DNA of 64,000 nucleotides, from assembly GCA_051867875.1 (NCBI GenBank), contig JBJDZG010000004.1:12832-76831 (forward strand). Reading direction: 5' to 3'. The stretch is from Eubacteriales bacterium (GTDB taxonomy: Bacteria; Bacillota; Clostridia; Oscillospirales; CAG-272). Under the pieces are notes generated by a model. That model searched no databases, was not told the origin of the DNA, and worked only from the letters and a program-made list of their open reading frames with translations. Position numbers and translations under genes: made by a program. Shown here one piece after another: positions 46,982 to 55,121 of the stretch; the stretch's first letter is position 1, and every line of letters starts with the position of its first letter.

Positions 46982-48571
46982 ATGACAAACGAAAAAGAAA
47001 TAAAAAGAAGACGAACATTTGCTATAATCTCACACCCGGACGCAGGTAAAACGACGCTTACCGAGAAATTTCTTCTCTACGGCGGTGCAATTCAGTCCGC
47101 AGGCACGGTCAAGGGCAAGGCAAGCGACCGCCACGCGACGAGCGACTGGATGGACCTTGAAAAACAGCGCGGTATCTCTATTACCTCGTCCGTTATGCAG
47201 TTTGAGTACGACGGTTATTGCATAAATATACTTGACACCCCGGGGCATCAGGACTTCTCCGAGGACACTTACAGAACTCTTATGGCGGCTGACAGCGCGG
47301 TAATGGTTATCGATGCGGCAAAGGGCATCGAGCCGCAGACGCGCAAGCTCTTCAAGGTCTGCGCTATGCGCGACATTCCGATATTTACGTTTATAAACAA
47401 GCTCGACCGCGAGGCGAGGGACCCATTTGACTTGCTCGACGAGCTTGAACGCGAGTTCGGCATAGGCACGTATCCTATGAACTGGCCCATCGGTTGCGGA
47501 GTAGGATTTAAGGGAGTTTTCGACCGTGAAAAGCGCTCGATTTTAGCTTTTGACGAGTTTCACAGCGGACGAAACAAAATTGAAGGCATTGAGTGCGACA
47601 TTACCGAAATAGAAAAAATGGACTCACTCATCGGCGAATACGACCGTAAAGCGCTCGTTGACCAGATAGAGCTTCTCGACGTCGCAAGCTATGAATTTGA
47701 CCTTGAAAAGGTGCGCCACGGCAAGCTCTCGCCCGTATTCTTCGGCTCGGCTCTCAACAATTTCGGCGTTGAGCCATTCTTAAAGAGCTTCTTGCAGATG
47801 ACGACTTCTCCACTGCCCCGTCAGGCGGGAGATACATTAGTTGACCCCTTTGACGACACGTTCTCCGCTTTCGTATTCAAAATTCAGGCGAATATGAACA
47901 AAGCGCACCGCGACAGAATCGCGTTTATGCGAATCTGCTCGGGCAAATTTGAGAGAAATAAGGAATATCTTCACGTTCAGAACAACAAGGTTGCAAAGCT
48001 CTCCCAGCCCCAACAGATGATGGCAGAACAGCGCGAGATTGTCGATTGCGCTTATGCAGGCGACATTATCGGCGTGTTTGACCCGGGTATTTTCTCCATC
48101 GGCGACACAGTATGCGACCCGAGCGTCAGATTTACATTTGAGAAAATTCCCACCTTTGCACCCGAGCATTTTGCGTTAGTTGAGCAAAAGGATTCGATGA
48201 AGAGAAAGCAATTTGCAAAAGGTATGAACCAGATAGCGCAAGAGGGTGCAATTCAGATATTCTTCGAGCCAAATTCGGGTATGGAACGAGTAATCGTCGG
48301 CGTTGTCGGCGTGCTTCAGTTTGAGGTGCTTGAATACCGCTTAAAGCACGAGTACGGCGTTGATATCATTCGCCGTCCCATGCCCCAGCAGTTCATTCGT
48401 TGGATTGAAAATGAGAATATTGACGTAAATTCTCTGACTCTTGACACGGACACCAAGTGGGTACAGGATTTCAGAGGAAACAATCTTCTTATTTTCCCGC
48501 GCGAGTGGAGTATCCGTTGGGCGCTCGAAAAGAACAAAGACCTCGTTCTCAAAGAATTTCACGAGGGATAA
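46982..48571 (+). CDS. prfC: Peptide chain release factor 3 (translational GTPase)
   Basis: RRTFAIISHPDAGKTTLTEK G1 motif, DTPGHQDF and NKLDR. The 529-aa length is typical of RF3. Confidence 0.94.
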   Translation: MTNEKEIKRRRTFAIISHPDAGKTTLTEKFLLYGGAIQSAGTVKGKASDRHATSDWMDLEKQRGISITSSVMQFEYDGYCINILDTPGHQDFSEDTYRTLMAADSAVMVIDAAKGIEPQTRKLFKVCAMRDIPIFTFINKLDREARDPFDLLDELEREFGIGTYPMNWPIGCGVGFKGVFDREKRSILAFDEFHSGRNKIEGIECDITEIEKMDSLIGEYDRKALVDQIELLDVASYEFDLEKVRHGKLSPVFFGSALNNFGVEPFLKSFLQMTTSPLPRQAGDTLVDPFDDTFSAFVFKIQANMNKAHRDRIAFMRICSGKFERNKEYLHVQNNKVAKLSQPQQMMAEQREIVDCAYAGDIIGVFDPGIFSIGDTVCDPSVRFTFEKIPTFAPEHFALVEQKDSMKRKQFAKGMNQIAQEGAIQIFFEPNSGMERVIVGVVGVLQFEVLEYRLKHEYGVDIIRRPMPQQFIRWIENENIDVNSLTLDTDTKWVQDFRGNNLLIFPREWSIRWALEKNKDLVLKEFHEG

Positions 48572-48577
48572 TACAAA

Positions 48578-48616
48578 TAAAAAGGGATAGCCAAGCTATC
48601 CCTTTTGATTTTTTAT
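48578..48616. terminator. Bidirectional terminator between convergent prfC and alaS
   Basis: Stem agggatagc/gctatccct with loop caa, with an A-run upstream and T-runs downstream. Confidence 0.75.
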
Positions 48617-51243
48617 TTAACCATTCCTGCAACGATTTCGCTTGCCTTTGCAAGTGCTTCGGCTATCTTCTGAGCGTCCGCACCGCCTGCCATAGCGGAA
48701 TCGGGGCGTCCGCCGCCCTTACCGCCCGTAACTGCGGCAACTGCGCCTACGAGCTTACCTGCGTGAATGCCGTGAGCCACTGCGTCCTTGCCTGCTACTG
48801 CGATGAAGTTAAGCTTGCCGTGCGCGTTGACTGCAACTACTGCAACAGTGTCGGGATTTTCGGCTTTTATCTTATCCGTAAGAGTTCTCGCACTGTCTAT
48901 ATCCATTTCCTCCGCAAAGGTAGTGATTAACTTAACCGCACCTATCTGCTCCGCTCCCGAAAGAACATCGGTGAGCTTAGAGGAAGCTATCTTATTATTG
49001 AGGGACTCAATTTCCTTTTTGAGAGAGGAAATCTCGCCTTGAAGAGCGTTTGCACGCTTAGCGATATCGTTTGAGTTCTGAACTTTAAGCTCGCTTGCGG
49101 TCTGTGCCACGAGTTCCTCCTGCTTAGCGAGGAATCCAAGCACGCCGTAGCCCGTTACAGCCTCGATTCTGCGCACGCCCGAAGCCACGCTCGACTCGGA
49201 TACAATCTTAAAAAGACCGATTTTTGCGGTATTGTCGCAGTGAGTACCGCCGCAAAGCTCGGTAGAAAAGCTGCCCATTTTTACCATGCGGACCGTCTTG
49301 CCGTATTTCTCGCCGAAGAGCGCCATAGCACCGCTCTTGCGCGCGGTTTCAATATCGGTTTCAACCGTAACTATATCGTTACCTGCAAGAATGTGGCTGT
49401 TTACGAGCATTTCAACCGCACGAAGTTCTTTTTCCGTGAGAGCCGCAAAATGCGTAAAGTCAAATCTGCAAATTTCTTCGCTTACGTAAGAGCCCGCCTG
49501 CTCAACGTGATTTCCGAGCACGCTTCTGAGCGCCGCCTGAAGAAGATGAGCGGCAGAGTGGTTTCTCTTTATCGCCTCACGTCTTAGGTCAACGATGTCC
49601 GCCGTAACCGTATCGCCGACGGAAAGCACTCCGTTTACAACCCGGCAGATATGAATGTATACGCCGTCGGTTTTCTTTGTATCGTAAACTGTCAAAACCG
49701 CGTTGTCCTTATAGATGGTACCCGTATCGCCTATCTGACCGCCGCCCTCTCCGTAGAAAGGCGTTCTGTTAAGAATCACGGTACAGTCGCCCTCGTTTAC
49801 GCTCTCTACGCTATCGTCGCCGACGAGGATTGCAATTACCTTAGCCTCGCTTCTGTAATCGGTGTAGCCCGTAAATTCGGTCTTGGGAAGGTCGGCAAGC
49901 ACACTCTTTGAGCTGTCGCTCCAACCGCTGATATTGGCTCTTGCCTCTCTTGCGCGGTTTCTCTGGTCGAGCATCAAAGTCTTGAACTGCTCCTCGTTTA
50001 TTTTAAGGTGATTTTCCTCTGCTATTTCACGCGTAAGGTCAATCGGGAAGCCGAAAGTATCGTAAAGCTTGAATACTTCCTCGCCCGAAATAACGTCCGC
50101 ATTTTCCTTAACGGCGCTTCTTATCAGGTCGGAAAGAATGGAAAGACCTGCATCGATGGTCGCGTCAAATCTCTCCTCTTCCATTGAGAGCACCTTGCGG
50201 ATATAATCACCCTTTTCGGAAAGCTCGGGATATGCACCGCAGCTCTCGCCGATAGCGACGTTAACCATATCAACAAGGAAGGGACGGTTGATGCCGAGAA
50301 GCTTTCCGTGTCTGCACGCACGGCGTATTATTCTGCGGAGAACGTATCCCCTTCCCTCGTTTGAGGGAATAACGCCGTCGGCTATCATAAACATAGCGCT
50401 TCTGGTGTGGTCGGTAATAACGCGAATGGAAATATCGTTGTCCGCGTCGTCGCCGTAGTTCTTACCGCAGATTTCGCACACCTTGTCGATTATCCTGCGG
50501 ATTGAATCGACCTCGAACATATTGTCAACACCCTGCATTACGCAAGCAAGACGTTCAAGACCCATGCCCGTGTCGATATTCTTCTGCGCGAGCTCCTCGT
50601 ATGTGCCGTCGCCCATATTGTTATACTGGGAGAATACGTTGTTCCAGATTTCCATATATCTGTCGCACTCACAGCCGGGTTTGCAGTCGGGACTTCCGCA
50701 GCCGTACTTTTCGCCTCTGTCAAAGTAAATCTCGGAGCAGGGTCCGCAGGGGCCCGTGCCGTGCTCCCAGAAGTTGTCCGCTTTTCCAAGGCGTACGACG
50801 TGAGCGGGATTTACGCCAATCTTGTTAACCCAGATGTCGTAAGCCTCTTCGTCGTTTTCGTATATTGAGGGCCAGAGAAGCTCCTCGGGGATTTCAAGCG
50901 TAACGGTGAGAAACTCCCACGCCCACGCTATTGCCTCTTCCTTGAAATAATCTCCGAATGAGAAGTTTCCGAGCATTTCAAAGAACGTGCCGTGGCGAGC
51001 CGTATGACCTACGCGCTCGAGGTCGGGCGTACGAATGCACTTCTGGCAGGTGCAAACTCTCGTTCTCGGGGGCTCTTCCTCACCCGTGAAGTATTTTTTC
51101 ATAGGTGCCATACCCGAGTTGATAAGAAGAAGTGATTTGTCGTTAATGGGAACGAGCGGGAAAGAAGGGAGTCTCAGGTGTCCCTTTGATTCAAAGAACG
51201 CGAGATATTTTTCTCGAAGCTCGTTAAGAGATGTCCATTTCAT
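48613..51243 (-). CDS. alaS: Alanyl-tRNA synthetase
   Basis: 876 aa. N-terminal class II AlaRS core (FFESKGH..PSFPLVP, FTNSGM-like INSGMAPMK), editing-domain HxxxH...CGGTH (HSAAHLL...CGGTHC) and a C-terminal DHHA1-like domain. Confidence 0.97.
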   Translation of the reverse strand: MKWTSLNELREKYLAFFESKGHLRLPSFPLVPINDKSLLLINSGMAPMKKYFTGEEEPPRTRVCTCQKCIRTPDLERVGHTARHGTFFEMLGNFSFGDYFKEEAIAWAWEFLTVTLEIPEELLWPSIYENDEEAYDIWVNKIGVNPAHVVRLGKADNFWEHGTGPCGPCSEIYFDRGEKYGCGSPDCKPGCECDRYMEIWNNVFSQYNNMGDGTYEELAQKNIDTGMGLERLACVMQGVDNMFEVDSIRRIIDKVCEICGKNYGDDADNDISIRVITDHTRSAMFMIADGVIPSNEGRGYVLRRIIRRACRHGKLLGINRPFLVDMVNVAIGESCGAYPELSEKGDYIRKVLSMEEERFDATIDAGLSILSDLIRSAVKENADVISGEEVFKLYDTFGFPIDLTREIAEENHLKINEEQFKTLMLDQRNRAREARANISGWSDSSKSVLADLPKTEFTGYTDYRSEAKVIAILVGDDSVESVNEGDCTVILNRTPFYGEGGGQIGDTGTIYKDNAVLTVYDTKKTDGVYIHICRVVNGVLSVGDTVTADIVDLRREAIKRNHSAAHLLQAALRSVLGNHVEQAGSYVSEEICRFDFTHFAALTEKELRAVEMLVNSHILAGNDIVTVETDIETARKSGAMALFGEKYGKTVRMVKMGSFSTELCGGTHCDNTAKIGLFKIVSESSVASGVRRIEAVTGYGVLGFLAKQEELVAQTASELKVQNSNDIAKRANALQGEISSLKKEIESLNNKIASSKLTDVLSGAEQIGAVKLITTFAEEMDIDSARTLTDKIKAENPDTVAVVAVNAHGKLNFIAVAGKDAVAHGIHAGKLVGAVAAVTGGKGGGRPDSAMAGGADAQKIAEALAKASEIVAGMVK

Positions 51244-51299
51244 AATAGTGTTCCTTTCTGTAAGTCAAATAGATAATTTAATGAGCGGTTTTAATATAG

Positions 51300-51565
51300 T
51301 CAGAGCAATAAAAAAATACGCCGACGCCCTATGCAAAACATAAGGACGAGGCGCGCTCGTGATACCACCTTAATTCGCTCCTCTCTTGCGAGAGAAGCCT
51401 CATCGGCTATGAAACCATAGTCCGCGCTGTAACGGGCGCCCCGGCGGGTCTTTCGGCCGCAACTCAAAGATAGCTTCATATCTCCGACGCATATTGCCTC
51501 CCACCAACCGACAACTCTCTTGAATGTTCAAAGATATTACTTATTCTTTTCACAGTTTTTTCATA
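51300..51565 (-). promoter_or_regulatory. T-box leader (probable Ala specifier GCU) controlling alaS
   Basis: The minus strand has AAUUAAGGUGGUAUCACGAG (plus ~51357-51378) and a long imperfect terminator stem followed by UAUUUUUUU (plus A-run 51310-51316). Upstream stem I AGAGA..., with ...augaaGCUauc... as a plausible specifier. Confidence 0.82.
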
Positions 51566-51572
51566 CTTAAAC

Positions 51573-51601
51573 ATTTTAGCATTAAAACTTTCTTTTGTCA
51601 A
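51573..51601 (-). promoter_or_regulatory. Sigma-A-like promoter for the alaS T-box leader
   Basis: Minus strand: TTGACA (51601-51596), 17-nt spacer, TAAAAT (51578-51573). Confidence 0.55.
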
Positions 51602-51624
51602 TAGATATTTTCAAATTTACAGTC

Positions 51625-51655
51625 CAAAAAAGAGAGCGGTCCTGCGACCGCTCTC
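51625..51655 (-). terminator. Rho-independent terminator after the SASP gene
   Basis: Minus strand: ggagagcggtc-gcag-gaccgctctc followed by UUUUUU (plus A-run 51625-51631). Confidence 0.8.
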
Positions 51656-51721
51656 CGAAAATTTATTCAGCAATAAATTTTCCTTTTTGTCCGCACTCCC
51701 GCGGACTACGTCCAAGATAAA

Positions 51722-51907
51722 TTATTTTGCGTTAAGAGAATTTTCGTAAGACTCTACCATCTTCTTAACCATCTGTCCGCCGATGGAGCCTGCCTGACGG
51801 CTTGTGAGGTCGCCGTTGTAACCGCCGTTGTTGAGTGTTACGCCAACTTCGTTAGCAGCCTGCATCTTGAACTGCTCAAGAGCCTTTTTAGATGACTTGT
51901 TTGCCAT
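51722..51907 (-). CDS. Alpha/beta-type small acid-soluble spore protein
   Basis: 61 aa. The pattern ...ALEQFKMQAANEVGV...LTSRQAGSIGGQMVKKMV is the conserved SASP alpha/beta signature (two blocks around the germination-protease site). Confidence 0.9.
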   Translation of the reverse strand: MANKSSKKALEQFKMQAANEVGVTLNNGGYNGDLTSRQAGSIGGQMVKKMVESYENSLNAK

Positions 51908-51981
51908 ATTAATAAATCTCCCTCTGTCGCATTTGCGACTTTTTTGCCCTATTATTTCGGGCTTTATCTATATTATCGAGA

Positions 51982-52011
51982 TGCACCGCAAAACAGCGTC
52001 TTTGCGGTGCA
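51982..52011. other. Perfect 11-bp inverted repeat between pgmB and the SASP gene
   Basis: tgcaccgcaaa-acagcgtc-tttgcggtgca. There is no adjacent U-run on either strand, so it is not a canonical terminator. It may be an RNA 3'-end stabiliser or a protein-binding palindrome. Confidence 0.35.
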
Positions 52012-52162
52012 ATTCTTCGCATCGCTTCCCCGCCGTCTGCTTTGAATCTCTGATATTATTTTGCTCCGTCAATTCAGTTTAATTAGTGGTAAATTTTGTT
52101 TTTTGAACTGAAAATAAAAACGAGCGCCGCCGGAAAATTTTTATTCCAAGCAGCGCTTTTTG

Positions 52163-52795
52163 TTATTTTATTATATTGAGTATCTCTTCAAAATGACTGA
52201 TGCTGTAATCCGCACTTTCGTAACCGTACGCATCGCCAAGAGCGATAGTCGCAAAGCCTCCTGCCTTGCCTGCGTCAACGCCCGCTTTGGCATCCTCAAC
52301 GACGTAACATTCAGAGGGTTGAAGTCCCAAGAACAGAGCGCCCTTGATAAACACCTCGGGGTCGGGCTTACTTCGGGTAATGTTATTTCCGTCGGAAACC
52401 GCATCGAAAAATTTTTCAAGTCCGATATATTTAAGTATTGCAGGGGTATTTTTGCTCGAAGAGCCTATCGCGAGCTTATATCCGCGGGCGCGGAGCTCAT
52501 TAAGCGTTTCCGTAACTCCCGGCAGTCTGTCATCGGGAGTAAGACTTTTAAGGAGTTCCTTGTAAATCTCGTTCTTCTTTGTGGCGAGAATCTGTTTTTC
52601 TTCATCGGAATACTGTCTCTCGGCTCGCTCAAGTATGATTTCAAGGCTATCCATACGGCTGACACCGCGCAGACGGTTATTTATCTTCTCGTCAAAGTAT
52701 ATTCCCTCTTCGTCCGCCATCTGCTTCCATGCAAGATAGTGGAGTCCGTCGGTGGATACGATAACGCCGTCAAGGTCAAATATAAATCCCTTCAT
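52163..52795 (-). CDS. pgmB: Beta-phosphoglucomutase (HAD family)
   Basis: FIFDLDGVIVSTD nucleophile motif, ...RGVSRMDSLE... cap region and VVEDAKAGVDAGKAGG. It lies 9 nt downstream of a GH65 phosphorylase gene, the classic pairing. Confidence 0.9.
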   Translation of the reverse strand: MKGFIFDLDGVIVSTDGLHYLAWKQMADEEGIYFDEKINNRLRGVSRMDSLEIILERAERQYSDEEKQILATKKNEIYKELLKSLTPDDRLPGVTETLNELRARGYKLAIGSSSKNTPAILKYIGLEKFFDAVSDGNNITRSKPDPEVFIKGALFLGLQPSECYVVEDAKAGVDAGKAGGFATIALGDAYGYESADYSISHFEEILNIIK

Positions 52796-52803
52796 ACAGC
52801 ACC

Positions 52804-55050
52804 TCAGATTTTATATACGAGCGTATTTTTGAGTATTCTCTCTTCGCCGTCGGGGGTGTGGATATTAACATTGCCCGCACCCGACTTTTTAAGCGTCAAT
52901 TCTCCGTTTTTCATACTCAGTGTAATCTTTATACCCTTATAAATGAAATGCGCCGTAACGCCATCAAAAAGCGTTCTGACGGGATTTACGCAAAGCGTGC
53001 CGTCATCTCTTACGGAAAGTCCGAAAATTCCGTAGATGACCGCAAGATATCCGCCTGCAAGACAACCGCTGTGAACGCCCTGCCATGCTACTCCGTGAAT
53101 ATCGTCAACGTCCATTTTGACGGTGTTGAGAAGATTTTTGCGGAATGAAAGAATCTGTTTATTCTGTGCACAGGCTATCGCGTGAACGGGGAACGTCAAA
53201 GAGGAGCTGACCTCGCACATATTCTCGTAATAGTCCCAGTTCTCTGCAAAGCGGCTTCTGTCAACGCCGACGTCAACCATTGTATAAAGCAGAATAACGT
53301 CGGGCTGTTTGATTATCTGGCTCTTGTGATAAAGTCCGCTCTTCTTCATCTGGAACTGCTTTAAGGTTCCCTTGCCCTGCTCTTCAAGTGAACGCGAGAG
53401 TCCGAAATATCCGTCAAACTGAGGAATAAGTCCGTTTTCGCATACAGGAAGATAGAGCTTTGAGGATATCTCCCTCATCTTTTCGATGAGCGAAGGCTCA
53501 ACCTCATACGAAAGCTCGCCGCAAAGAGAGATAAAGCGGTCAAATGCGAATTTTACACAATAATTCGTATACGCGTCATTATCAACGTATGGGTGATGCT
53601 CGTCGGTGCCCGTAACTCTGCAAATCTCATATCGGTCGCCGTTAAGGCTGACGCGGGAAATCCAGAATTTCAGACATTCGAGTATCATCTCCATACCGTA
53701 ATCAAGCATAAATTCTCTGTCGCCCGTATAGCGATAGTAATTTATGATACCGTAGGGAATGTCGGAATTAATATGTACCTGCATAAACGGGTGGCGCGCA
53801 TACTGCCACACTCTCTCATCGCCGTTTACGGACGAGCAGAAAGCGAACATAGCTCCGTCATATCCGTTTGCCTCGGCGTTTTTCTTCGCCTGCGGCAACA
53901 TTCTGTATCGGTACATTAACGCATTTTTAGCTGTTTTCGGCGCGGTAAGCAAGAAAAACGGCATCTGATGAATCTCACAGTCCCACCAAACGAACTGATT
54001 GTATCTTTCGCCCGTGAGTCCCTTTGCGGAAATTCCGTGAACGCTGTCATTCATCGAGGCGGAAATGGCGGTGTGATAGCTTGCAAATCTGAGATATGCG
54101 TCCACCTCATCGTCGCCCTCAATACTCACGTCCATCATTGCAAAATACGATTTGTATGCGGCAATATGTGCCTTTTTGAGAATAGCGTAATCAAGACCGC
54201 CCGATGCAAGCTTTTCCCTTGCACAATCGGTAATATCTCTTTCGGTATCGCGGTCGGTAATGATATAAGATATCTTCTCAAACGTATATGCCTTGGCGTT
54301 ATCACAGAGATATTCAATACCCACCGTGCCGTTGACGTCGTATTTTCCGAGCACTTTTCCGTGTGGGAATACGTGCTTTATTCCGTAGCAGGCTGAAAAA
54401 CCGTATTTGTTCGTCGCGTGATATCTGTGAAGAATATCAGTACCTTCTATGTGCAAAAGGTCCGTCTTTGTGATGAACTGACCTCCTGTCTTGACCGAGG
54501 TATCAATACCGGACATTATCATAACGGGCAGGTTATGATTCATCGGTCTTACCTTGATTTTCTGACAATAGAGGTGCTCATCGGCAAATGATGCAAAGCG
54601 TTCAAATACGAACTCGGTCCTGTTTCCCTCTCCGTCGTCCCATACAAGCTCTCTCGTATAGACGGCAGTACCCGGATTAAGCGAGCGATGCCATTTTACT
54701 ATCTTACCCTCCCAAGGAAAGAAGGTCTTTTCGCCCACGGTTATTTTTACCGTGAGAAAATCGTGCATATTGATACAGCTGTCCTGCTTTTCAAAGGTTT
54801 TGAGCTTTTCTTCGTCAAGGTAGTATTTCTTCATATACTCATTGTCCGCAAAAGGCTCCGTTACCTCTATTATCTCATCGATAAATCCGCGAACGAACGC
54901 ACCCTGAACGCGTTGAGAGCCAAACTCCTCAAAGCTGCCTCTGACACCCATATAACCGTTACCCGTAGTAAAAAGAGTGGCGAGAACGGGCTCGTCTGCT
55001 ATATCGTAAATACTTTCACTGAAATTTTTGTTTTTATCCAATCCGTACAT
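52804..55050 (-). CDS. Glycoside hydrolase family 65 disaccharide phosphorylase (maltose/kojibiose/nigerose/trehalose type; substrate unassigned)
   Basis: 748 aa. N-terminal TTGNGYMGVRGSFEE, a catalytic-acid region TGTDEHHPYVDNDAYTN and coupling to pgmB. Substrate specificity cannot be read from the sequence by eye. Confidence 0.88.
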   Translation of the reverse strand: MYGLDKNKNFSESIYDIADEPVLATLFTTGNGYMGVRGSFEEFGSQRVQGAFVRGFIDEIIEVTEPFADNEYMKKYYLDEEKLKTFEKQDSCINMHDFLTVKITVGEKTFFPWEGKIVKWHRSLNPGTAVYTRELVWDDGEGNRTEFVFERFASFADEHLYCQKIKVRPMNHNLPVMIMSGIDTSVKTGGQFITKTDLLHIEGTDILHRYHATNKYGFSACYGIKHVFPHGKVLGKYDVNGTVGIEYLCDNAKAYTFEKISYIITDRDTERDITDCAREKLASGGLDYAILKKAHIAAYKSYFAMMDVSIEGDDEVDAYLRFASYHTAISASMNDSVHGISAKGLTGERYNQFVWWDCEIHQMPFFLLTAPKTAKNALMYRYRMLPQAKKNAEANGYDGAMFAFCSSVNGDERVWQYARHPFMQVHINSDIPYGIINYYRYTGDREFMLDYGMEMILECLKFWISRVSLNGDRYEICRVTGTDEHHPYVDNDAYTNYCVKFAFDRFISLCGELSYEVEPSLIEKMREISSKLYLPVCENGLIPQFDGYFGLSRSLEEQGKGTLKQFQMKKSGLYHKSQIIKQPDVILLYTMVDVGVDRSRFAENWDYYENMCEVSSSLTFPVHAIACAQNKQILSFRKNLLNTVKMDVDDIHGVAWQGVHSGCLAGGYLAVIYGIFGLSVRDDGTLCVNPVRTLFDGVTAHFIYKGIKITLSMKNGELTLKKSGAGNVNIHTPDGEERILKNTLVYKI

Positions 55051-55080
55051 AATCTTATCTTCTATAACAAAATTTTTGCA

Positions 55081-55110
55081 AGCAGGCGGCAGAGCAAACT
55101 GCCGCCTGCT
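55081..55110 (-). terminator. 12-bp GC-rich hairpin downstream of the metallophosphoesterase-fusion gene
   Basis: agcaggcggcag-agcaaa-ctgccgcctgct, 12 nt after the stop. The U-run on the minus transcript is weak (ugcaaaaauuuu). Confidence 0.5.
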
Positions 55111-55121
55111 TTATTATTGTA

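Noticed and set aside
51908-51990. Possible forespore (sigma-G type) promoter upstream of the SASP gene (GATAA..17 nt..AAATAATA).
   Set aside because: The match to the sigma-G/F consensus is only approximate, and I cannot score it without a matrix. I did not list it as a feature.
52804-55050. Assigning a specific substrate (maltose, kojibiose, nigerose or trehalose) to the GH65 phosphorylase.
   Set aside because: Specificity in GH65 depends on loop residues that I cannot evaluate by eye. Only the family-level call is supported.
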